Of a DNA stretch of 64,000 nucleotides, positions 53,930 to 64,000 are shown one piece after another; within the stretch, counting starts at the first letter, position 1, and every line of letters starts with the position of its first letter. This stretch comes from Eledone cirrhosa (taxonomy: Eukaryota), in NCBI GenBank assembly GCA_964016885.1, contig OZ024765.1, positions 8,618,001-8,682,000 on the forward strand. The letters run 5' to 3'. The notes beneath the pieces were generated by a model. It was not told the DNA's origin. It saw only the letters and a list, made by a program, of their open reading frames with translations, and made no database searches. The translations under genes and the position numbers were made by a program.

Positions 53930-54250
53930 TCAACAACACCCCTTTCTATGTAAAGTTATGTTGGAACCACAACATCCAGTCCAAACTAAAGAGGTTATGT
54001 AGGTGTCACGAGAAAAAAAACACAGCCCACGCTGTAATGTGGCCATGTAGGTAACACGGTAAAAAACCTCCCAGTCCACACTGTAAACATGGTTGGTGTT
54101 AGGAAGGGCATCCAGCCGTAGAAAACCTGCCAGACAGTCCTATACGAATGAGACACGGTCACCCAATCAATCTTGCCTCAAGTGGGACAATTCCTCATCT
54201 AACCCATGCTAGCGTGGAAGATAGACGTTAAACAATGATGATGATGATGA
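53930..54250 (+). mobile_element. RTE 3' UTR fragment
   Basis: matches 6660-6935, ends in (GAT)n. Confidence 0.8.
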
Positions 54251-54607
54251 TACATAGATAGTATGTGTATGGTAGGGATGTGGAATGACCCAGACTTACC
54301 TAAAACAAGTCAGTGTGTCTGGTAAACAGTTATTTTATTTCATCCTCAAAATATTTCATTTGAGTTTGGTGTCTGGTAGTAAAACTTCTGTGACTAGATT
54401 CGATAATAATCAATGTTTATATATTTTCTATGTTAAAAGTGTCCAGTATTATTAGAAGTAAATATTTACATCTAACTAATGGCAACCTTGATCTATGTAC
54501 ACTGCCAGGTATCATGGTTTTGTTATAGTTTATTAAAAATATCAGTATTTTATATTACTGTATTTGTTTTTACATATGTTATTATTACTTATTTGATATC
54601 ATGGCTC

Positions 54608-54945
54608 ACTGATGAGACACTACATACCTATGTGGCCTGCTGATGAGACACTGCATGGCTATGAGGCTCACTGACGAGACACTACATACCTATGTGGCCT
54701 GCTGATGAGACACTGCATGGCTATGAGGCTCACTGACGAGACACTACATACCTATGTGGCCCGCTGATGAGACACTACATAGCTATTTGGCCTGCTGATG
54801 AGACACTGCATGGCTATGAGGCCCGCTGATGAGACACTACATAGCTATCTGGCCTGCTGATGAGACACTACATAGCTATGTTGCCTGCTGATGAGACACT
54901 GCATGGCTATGAGGCCCGCTATCAAGACACTGCATGGCTATGTGG
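54608..54945. repeat. 31-bp minisatellite (~11 copies, partly dimeric)
   Basis: unit CTGATGAGACACTACATAGCTATGTGGCCTG. Confidence 0.9.
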
Positions 54946-55277
54946 CTCGCACACCCCCAAATGGTTGCTGACCCCTGCGATGGACAGATATTACAATGAT
55001 GTGATGAGTATGGATCCTACATCACTCTAACTTCTTATATTGTGATCTTTGGGACTCACTTGTCTATGGATTGCATTCTATAAGGTTTGGGCCACAATCT
55101 CATCCCCCATAGACAGATTTTACTGTGACATCACCTTCAAAACAGCTGCTTAAACCTTCAACATTTACATTATACTACATACTATATATATCATAGTATT
55201 TTTGTGGTAAAGGCTTTATCGTGGATAGATTTGGGGAGAGCAGAAGAGACAGAGGCATTGACAGTGGGAGTTTGGTT

Positions 55278-56724
55278 GTCTTTCATTAGAAATATGGTAA
55301 TGAAAGGGTTAATGACATAGACAGAGTCTTTCATTCGAAATATGGTAATGAAAGGGTTAATGACATAGACAGTGTCTTTCATTAGAAATATGGTAATGAA
55401 AGGGTTAATGACATGTACAGTGTCTTTCATTAGAAATATGGTAATGAAAGGGTTAATGACATGTACAGTGTCTTTCATTAGAAATATGGTAATGAAAGGG
55501 TTAATGACATAGACAGTGTCTTTCATTAGAAATATGGTAATGAAAGGGTTAATGACATAGACAGTGTCTTTCAGTAGAAATATGGTAATGAAAGGGTTAA
55601 TGACATAGACAGTGTCTTTCATTAGAAATATGGTAATGGAAGGGTTAAAGACATAGACAGTGTCTTTCATTAGAAATATGGTAATGAAAGGGTTAATGAC
55701 ATAGACAGTGTCTTTCATTAGAAATATGGTAATGAAAGGCTTAATGACATAGACAGTATCTTTCATTAGAAATATGGTAATGAAAGGGTTAAAGACATAG
55801 ACAGTGTCTTTCATTAGAAATATGGTAATGAAAGGGTTAATGACATAGACAGTGTCTTTCATTAGAAATATGGTAATGAAAGGGTTAATGACATAGACAG
55901 TATCTTTCATTAGAAATATGGTAATGAAAGGGTTAAAGACATAGACAGTGTCTTTCATTAGAAATATGGTAATGAAAGGGTTAATGACATAGACAGTGTC
56001 TTTCATTAGAAATATGGTAATGAAAGGGTTAATGACATAGACAGTATCTTTCATTAGAAATATGGTAATGAAAGGGTTAAAGACATAGACAGTGTCTTTC
56101 ATTAGAAATATGGTAATGAAAGGGTTAATGACATAGACAGTGTCTTTCATTAGAAATATGGTAATGAAAGGGTTAATGACATAGACAGTGTCTTTCAGTA
56201 GAAATATGGTAATGAAAGGGTTAATGACATAGACAGTGTTTTTCAGTAGAAATATGGTAATGAAAGGGTTAATGACATAGACAGTGTTTTTCATTAGAAA
56301 TATGATAATGGAAGGGTTAATGACATAGACAGTGTCTTTCATTCAAAATATGGTAATGAAAGGGTTAATGACATAGACAGTGTCTTTCATTAGAAATATG
56401 GTAATGAAAGGCTTAATGACATAGACAGTATCTTTCATTAGAAATATGGTAATGAAAGGGTTAAAGACATAGACAGTGTCTTTCATTAGAAATATGGTAA
56501 TGAAAGGGTTAATGACATAGACAGTGTCTTTCATTAGAAATATGGTAATGAAAGGGTTAATGACATAGACAGTGTCTTTCATTAGAAATATGGTAATGAA
56601 AGGCTTAATGACATAGACAGTGTCTTTCATTAGAAATATGGTAATGAAAGGCTTAATGACATAGACAGTGTCTTTCATTAGAAATATGGTAATGAAAGGG
56701 TTAATGACATAGACAGTGTCTTTC
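55278..56724 (-). repeat. 48-bp minisatellite (~30 copies), inverted relative to 48561-49855
   Basis: reverse complement of the same unit. Confidence 0.95.
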
Positions 56725-57088
56725 TTTAGAGATCTGAAGTGTTTACAACTTCATGTCATGAGACACTGAAAGAAGACAAAGATAAAAGGTGAAATAAGAG
56801 TGGTCAAAGAAAATAAACAGAGGGCATCGGTGATTGATGAAGTCAGGGAGTGTGATGAAAGTAATTTCACAATTAATTAATTTTTTGGTTAACTAACTCA
56901 TTAAACGATTGCTTAATGATTCAACGATCTAAATTATGCAATAATTTATCAGACCTTTGCACGTGTTTTGATTTGTTTCACGAGGCTGTGAACACATGTA
57001 GGTATGTACATGTGTGTTTATCAAAAGTACATCTGATACCAAATTCACAGACTTTTGTACTGCTAACACACACACACACACATACACA

Positions 57089-57136
<48 letters not shown>

Positions 57137-57462
57137 TGTATATGTATGTAGATGTATGTATGTATATGTATGTATGTATATGTATGTATGTATGTACATA
57201 TATGTATGTATATATATATATATGTATATATATATGTGTGTATATATATGTGTGTATATGTATGTATATGTATATATATATATGTGTATATGTATGTATA
57301 TGTATGTATATGTATATATACATATATGTATGTATATGTATGTATATGTATATATACATATATGTATATATATGTATATATATATGAGTATATATGTATA
57401 TATATGTATGTATATATATATGAGTATATATGTATATATATGTATGTATATATATATGAGTA

Positions 57463-57812
57463 TCATCATCATCATCATCATCATTTCATTTTACATCCGC
57501 TTTTTCCCTGCTTGCAAGGGTGGGATGGGAACTGATGCTGGCTTGATTTCTACAGCTGGATGCCCTTCCTAACACCAACCTCATTTACAGTGAGTGCTGG
57601 GTGCTTTTTTGCCGTGGCACCTCCACGACCACTTTACAGTGGAATGATAGGGACACCAGTCCCTATCATCTCATTTCTACAGCTGAGTAAACTGGAGCAA
57701 TGTGAAATAAAGTGCCTTGCTCAAGGAAACAACACATCACCCGGTCTGAGAATTGAACTCACAACCTTTCGATTGCAAGGCCAATGCTCTAACCACTAAG
57801 CCATGTGCCTCC
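57463..57812 (-). mobile_element. full-length tRNA-derived SINE
   Basis: reverse complement of the 20151 family. Confidence 0.92.
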
Positions 57813-57868
57813 ATATATATATATATATGTATATATATGTATGTATATATATATATGCGTATATATGT

Positions 57869-58203
57869 CATCATCATCATTTCATTTTATGTCCGCTTTT
57901 CCCTGCTTGCAAGGGTGGGATGGGAACTGATTCTGGCTTGATTTCTACAGCTGGATGCCCTTCCTAAGACCAACCTCATTTACAGTGAGTGTGCTTTTTT
58001 TTCCGTGGCACCTCCACGACCACTTTGCAGTGGAATGATAGGGATCCCAGTCCCTATCATCTCATTTCTACAGCTGAGTAAACTGGAGCAATGTGAAATA
58101 AAGTATCTTGCTCAAGGAAACAACACATCACCCGGTCTGAGAATTGAACTCACAACCTTTCGATTGCAAGGCCAATGCTCTAACCACTAAGCCATGTGCC
58201 TCC
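57869..58203 (-). mobile_element. full-length tRNA-derived SINE (adjacent second copy)
   Basis: as above, separated by a short TA tract. Confidence 0.92.
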
Positions 58204-58210
58204 ATATATG

Positions 58211-58288
<78 letters not shown>

Positions 58289-58723
58289 TTTGTACATGTG
58301 AGTGTGTCTATGTGTCTATGTATGTGTGTGCATGTGTGTGCATGTGTGTCCATGTGTGTATATGTGTGTGTGTGTCAGAAGTACCACTTTATGTCAACGC
58401 CTGACAATGTTATGTAAAAATGTACTTTTAACTGTAGAAAAACTGCTCAAGAATCTATTGTAGTAATGGTGGTGGTGGTGGTGTATAAATATATATATAT
58501 TTAATCAGAAAGTGAACAACACAAAATATAACTACTCCATTACCAAAGGTTTCTGGATCAAAAACTATAATAATAAACGTCTTGATCGTTCATCAGATAG
58601 AGATGTTATTAAATAGCTCTGTTCTATACATAGAGCACTCCTATTTTCCTTTGCTTTTCCTTTGGAATTACGTAACATATATATATGTTTGAAAATTGCA
58701 AACTCGACTGTCACCACATATCA

Positions 58724-58762
58724 TGAACCTGAAGATTGCGAAAGCATGAAAGTACTTGTTCA
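58724..58762 (+). ncRNA. minimal hammerhead ribozyme
   Basis: TGAAC-CTGAAGA-T TGC GAAA GCA T-GAAAG TA CT T-GTTCA. Confidence 0.7.
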
Positions 58763-59530
58763 ATTAACACTTAGAATTTAATATTCTATCATACTATTTC
58801 ATTATAATACCATATTATATATATTTTAAAGGATTGTAAATAAAACGAGTAAATCAGACAAAGTTGGAATTCCTCTTATTAATATAATCTTCTATACACA
58901 ATCATACACACCCGTGTATATTTACCTATCTATATCTATATCTATATATATATATATATATACGTCAATACTCATCTTTTTCCATTTCTCTGAGGGTTCT
59001 AAACCCCACTATCAGGCTAAAGAATTTCTTTAGTCAAAAGTATGGTGAAAGCTTATATTTCTAATTTCAAACTTGCTCACTGTTTCAAAACATACTTACA
59101 TATATATATATATATTACGATAAATTAACGGAGGCATAGGCCGTCGTTATTCCCTGTAAATAATGTGCTCAAAGGGGAAGAGATCCTGAGCCCTTTAAAA
59201 TATAATATGTTGAGAAGGTAACACACCAGAGAGAGATTGATAACGCACTATATATCTCTCTCTGGTGTGTTACCTTCTCAACATATTATATTTTATATAT
59301 ATATTATATATATTACATTCAAAGTTGTGAATGTCATGTTTGAAATAATCTCGAACATGTGCCTCGTCTCCCAAAATCAACTCATAGAAAGAATTCAAGG
59401 AATAAATCCGATTATATATATACACACACGAATACATACACATATATATATATATATACACACACTCATATATATATACACACACACACATGCATATATA
59501 TATACATACACATATATATATATATTTTTT

Positions 59531-59800
59531 CGCTGCCATGTCCTGCGTCTCCAACAGACCAGTGTCTGTCCTTAGGGCATCAACATACGTTAACCTTGGT
59601 CTTCCTCTTCTAGTGTGTCCATGTAGGGGCTCCCAAAGGAGTACTGAGTGCAATGTCAACTCTGGATGTTGGTGAGCATGTCCAGCCAACCTCAGTCTCC
59701 TCTGTGTCACTTTTGAGCTGACTTTTGGGATGGCAGCGATAATGAGGGACAGAGACCGCTGGAGAGAACTCGTCCATGGATCTCGGGAATTTTACTCGCC
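59531..59800. mobile_element. RTE-like 3' fragment with internal inversion
   Basis: 59531-59730 minus (RLRLAGH..GRPRLTYVD) joined to plus-strand 3' end 59730-59800; homologous to 35090-35348. Confidence 0.8.
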
Positions 59801-59802
59801 TT

Positions 59803-59846
<44 letters not shown>

Positions 59847-59913
59847 TCATATATATATATACACACACTCATATATATATACACACACACACATGCATAT
59901 ATATACATACACG

Positions 59914-59956
<43 letters not shown>

Positions 59957-60252
59957 AAATGTGTTAAATCCTTGGTACAGTTAGATATATTTGAAAAAAG
60001 GAAAATAATGACTTCACTTGTAGTTCTAAATAACTTGATTTAATTTTATAATATTGTAATATTATGAGTTAGTAGATCTAGTAAGTTCTTTGTTAACTTC
60101 GGTGGGAAGATTTAAAAAAAATCCTGGTTAACTTTCCTCAGCCATTGCCTTGTCCAATGAACGAATGAGGACGTTTCTTGTATTCGTCTTATTCGGGAAA
60201 CCTCTGGTAATGAGGTAATTATATTGTGTTGTTTATTATACATTATATATAT

Positions 60253-60433
60253 CGGTGGATTGGCAGTATCGGTAGAGGGTCGGACGCCATGCTTTCCAGC
60301 ATAGTTATGTCCCTTTATGATCTGAGTTCAAATCCCGCCGAGGTTGACTTTGCCTTTCATCCTTACGGGGTCGATAAAATAAAGTACCAGTAATATACTG
60401 GGTAATTGCTGGCCTTGTGCCTAACGTAGAAAC

Positions 60434-60438
<5 letters not shown>
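60253..60438 (+). mobile_element. SINE of the Nin/Deu-like family with head
   Basis: TGGCAGTATCGG A-box-like, GAGTTCAAATCCC B-box, CCTTTCATCCTTACGGGGTCGATAAAATAAAGTACCAG. Confidence 0.75.
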
Positions 60439-60483
<45 letters not shown>

Positions 60484-60539
60484 TGCCCCCTCGTTATTGA
60501 GTAGGGCCATTGCACAATATACCATTATTAATTAATTCT

Positions 60540-60885
60540 CCTCCCCTTCTCCTCCGTCCACAAAACTTACATGTATAGATAAATTACGTTTGACCACGCC
60601 CACACTAAACGTCCTCCCCTTCTCTGCCCACAAAGTATACCTATATATAGATTAGTTACGTTTGACCACGCTCACATGAAACTCCTCCCTTGCTCTGCAC
60701 ACAAAGTATCCCTATATAGTGATGTTAGGTTTGGTCACGCCCAAATGAAACTCCACCCCTTCTCCGCCCACAAAGTGTACCTATATAGTGATAAGTTAGG
60801 TTTCACCACGCCCATATGAAACACCACCCTTGCTCCACCCGCAAAGTATACATACTGATAAGCTAGGTTTGACCACGCCCACATG
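60540..60885. repeat. diverged ~70-bp tandem repeat, 5 copies
   Basis: TTTGACCACGCCCA and CCACAAAGTAT recur at ~70-bp spacing. Confidence 0.8.
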
Positions 60886-60994
60886 TTCATTTGACAGTTG
60901 AAAGAACCAATGAAAGTTCTTTAGCTCTCCTATCCAAAAGACACCTATTTTCCTGCAGTCTTCTGTACAGAGTCCCTCCCCTTCTTTATGACAA

Positions 60995-62160
60995 AACTTT
61001 CTCCATCCTGTCCTTATTCTAGCCTCTTCTATAGTACCCTTTATTCTCAACAGAGGGAGCAACTCCCTAAACTTTCTCCATCCTGTCCTTATTCTAGCCT
61101 CTTCTATAGTACCCTTTATTCTCAACAGAGGGAGCAACTCCCTAAACTTTCTCCATCCTGTCCTTATTCTAGCTACTTCTATAGTACCCTTTATTCTCAA
61201 CAGAGGGAGCAACTCCCTAAACTTCCTCCATCCTATCCTTATTCTAGCCTCTTCTATAGTACCCTTTATTCTCAACAGAGGGAGCAACTCCCTAAACTTC
61301 CTCCATCCTGTCCTTATTCTAGCCTCTTCTATAGTACCCTTTATTGTCAACAGAGGGAGCAACTCCCTAAACTTTCTCCATCCTATCCTTATTCTAGCCT
61401 CTTCTATAGTACCCTTTATTCTCAACAGAGGGAGCAACTCCCTAAACTTTCTCCATCCTATCCTTATTCTAGCCTCTTCTATAGTACCCTTTATTCTCAA
61501 CAGAGGGAGCAACTCCCTAAACTTCCTCCATCCTATCCTTATTCTAGCCTCTTCTATAGTACCCTTTATTGTCAACAGAGGGAGCAACTCCCTAAACTTT
61601 CTCCATCCTATCCTTATTCTAGCCTCTTCTATAGTACCCTTTATTGTCAACAGAGGGAGCAACTCCCTAAACTTCCTCCATCCTATCCTTATTCTAGCTA
61701 CTTCTATAGTACCCTTTATTGTCAACAGAGGGAACAGCTCCCTAAACTTTCTCCCTCCTGTCCGTTTCCTAGCTACTATACTCCCAGAACACCCTCTTCC
61801 ACTGCTAACTAGGTCACCAAGGTAATAGAAGCTATCAACTACTTCTATGATACCTTTGTAATCAACAGAAGTAGCAGTTCCCTAAACTTCTTCCATCCTG
61901 TCCTTATTCTAGCGACTTCTATAGTACCCTTTATTGTCAACAGAGGGAGTAGCTCCCTAAATTTACTCCATCCTGTCCTTATTCTAGCCTCTTCTATAGT
62001 ACCCTTTATTGTCAACAGAGGGAGTAGCTCCCTAAATTTACTCCATCCTGTCCTTATTCTAGCTACTATGCACTCAGAACACCCTCTCCAACTGTTAATT
62101 AGGTCACCAAGGTAACAGAAGCTATTGACTGCTTCTATAGATCCTTTCAGATGTTAAAGT
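60995..62160 (-). repeat. 75-bp minisatellite derived from RTE ORF2 coding sequence
   Basis: unit translates to TIKGTIEEARIRTGWRKFRELLPLL; one ~140-bp unit and the ancestral LINE sequence remain at 61751-61890 and 62041-62160. Confidence 0.92.
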
Positions 62161-62488
62161 CGTTTATTGATAATGCTGTGATACATATTTCAATGACGAC
62201 AGTGGCCACATGATTCCGTGTACCTGGTGACGTGAACTCATCAGACAGCTTCTTACATATTTAGGTAACGTTCTCAAGGCAATCCAAATTAAAACAAGGG
62301 AACAGACAAAGGTGATGTTCCTGAAGCCTTCACATATACATACGTGTGTATGTATGTACGTTTGTATGTATGCATGTTTGTATATATGTATGTATGTTTG
62401 TATGTATGCATGTTTGTATATATGTATGTATATATGTATGTACATTTGTATGTATGCATGTTTGTATGTATGTATATATGTATGTATG

Positions 62489-62522
<34 letters not shown>

Positions 62523-62818
62523 TGTATGTACGTTTGTATGTATGCATGTTTGTATATATGTATGTATATATGTATGTATGTACGTTTGTATGTAGGTATG
62601 TATGTATGTATATATGTATGTACGTTTGTATGTATGCATGTTTGTATATATGTATGTATGTACGTTTGTATGTATGCATGTTTTGTATATATGTATGTAT
62701 GTTTGTATGCATGTTTGTATATATGTATCTTTTATAAATATATGTATGTATATATGTATGTATGTACGTTTGTATGTATGCATGTTCGTATATATGTATG
62801 TATATAGAGATGACCCCT

Positions 62819-63226
62819 CCGGGAGAGATGACCCCTTAGCCTTTGTCAAGGCAGAATTCTAGAAGGAAAACTCTGATATAACACTGCAACCCTGATGGTA
62901 TCCAATGATGTTGACTTGTTCTTCTTTTTGGTAAATATCATCTTGGTCAAGAGAGTGGGACTGGCTTTGTGCAGTGCCTTTGCTCACTATAAAAGCTTCA
63001 CGGCACAGGCATTGCTTTATATCTGGAGATCTCTCTGCACTTGTCGTTACATGGTACCATGGGCCCAGCACTATGTGTCAATAATTGTCACAAGTGTAGT
63101 GTTTGTACCAGAGTTTTCAAGTCGCTGGCTGGACTAAAAAGTCACACTCGTTCAGCGCATCGGTAGGGGTTCTCCTACATGGATATAAAGTAGTGGCCGT
63201 ACTCGAAAACGAGTTGGCAGCCACCA
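62819..63226 (+). mobile_element. short non-autonomous LINE derivative, 5'-truncated copy
   Basis: near-identical to 63466-63877; encodes HKCSVCTRVFKSLAGLKSHTRSAHR* C2H2 finger; (TATG)n tail. Confidence 0.65.
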
Positions 63227-63267
63227 TGTATATATGTATATATGTATATATGTATGTATATATGCAT

Positions 63268-63877
63268 GTCAGGTCACCAGTTGGTGTTACTGGTAACATG
63301 TATCCCAGTACAACCTGTCTCATGGTCGGGTCATTGGCGACTAAACTGGCAACCCCACCAAGGTTTCTTGGTGAGGAGGGTGACTTTGGACATCCTGCAG
63401 GACTAAAAACAAAACCTGTCAAAGGCCAAAGGAGCTCTTAAGAGTCAATGGCCATCCAAAATCACCGGGAGAGATGACCCCTTAGCCTTTGTCAAGGCAG
63501 AATTCTAGGAGAAGGAAAAAATCTGATATAACACCTGCAACCCTGATGGTATCCAATGATGTTGACTTGTTCTTCTTTTTGGTAAATATCATCTTGGTTA
63601 AGAGAGTGGGACTGGCTTTGTGCAGTGCCTTTGCTCACTATAAAAGCTTCACAGCACAGGCATTGTTTTATATCTGGAGATCTCTCTGCACCTGTCATCA
63701 CATGGTACCATGGGCCCAGCACTATGTGTCAATAATTGTCACAAGTGTAGTGTTTGTACCAGAGTTTTCAAGTCGCTGGCTGGACTAAAAAGTCACACTC
63801 GTTCAGCGCATCGGTAGTGGTTCTCCTACATGGATATAAAGTCGTGGCCGTACTCGAAAACAAGTTGGCAGCCACCA
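63268..63877 (+). mobile_element. short non-autonomous LINE derivative (RTE-like 5' UTR fused to 3' end with C2H2 finger)
   Basis: GAAGGAAAAA.TCTGATATAAC 5'UTR-like block, C2H2 remnant, (TATG)n tail; no RT or endonuclease. Confidence 0.6.
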
Positions 63878-64000
63878 TATATGTATGTATGTACGTTTGT
63901 ATGTATGCATGTTTGTATATATATGTATGTATATATGTATGTATGTACGTTTGTATGTATGCATGTTTGTATATATGTATGTATGTCGTTCTTTCTCTTA

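Larger units (their letters stand above)
52647..54977. mobile_element. hAT-like non-autonomous element with both subterminal regions expanded into minisatellites
   Basis: left CAGGAGTCGCAACC, right GGTTGCTGACCCCTG; GGCCC subterminal motifs; no intact 8-bp TSD. Confidence 0.55.

Noticed and set aside
54300-54390. Minus-strand exon ending at AG|GTAAGT
   Set aside because: All three frames contain stops and the acceptor is weak.
54608-54945. Tandem CTGATGA motifs as a hammerhead array
   Set aside because: No GAAA half-core or stem II/III follows; the unit is hAT-like subterminal sequence.
48587-56678. Long repeat-protein ORFs (MKDTVYV.., SHLALR.., ARCDLR..)
   Set aside because: Unit lengths (48, 18 bp) are multiples of 3 and the units trace to TE termini; no splice or domain evidence.

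Overview
Eukaryotic, AT-rich, repeat-dominated DNA with no confidently identifiable host gene. The (TA)n/(TATG)n density and the SINE, RTE-LINE and TTAA-MITE families suggest a cephalopod (Octopus-like) genome; this is inference from repeat content. Most ORFs in the supplied track are microsatellite or minisatellite artefacts. Real content: (1) one apparently intact two-ORF L1/Tx1-type LINE (27322-32955, minus strand), inserted in the internal 72-bp tandem array of a TTAA-flanked MITE. (2) More than 15 minimal hammerhead-ribozyme-like motifs from several unrelated Penelope-like (PLE) end families, including non-canonical cores (U3-A8, U4C, U4A) and head-to-head pairs. (3) Decayed PLE RT/GIY-YIG copies, many RTE-clade LINE fragments with a PHD-like finger after the RT, a CR1-like fragment, tRNA-derived SINEs sharing the RTE 3' tail, and Helitron, hAT and Tc1 MITEs. 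(4) At least six minisatellite types traceable to TE termini or TE coding sequence. (5) A 4.2-kb pentamer satellite with higher-order duplication and one weak candidate host exon. All calls were made by eye; coordinates of degraded elements are approximate.
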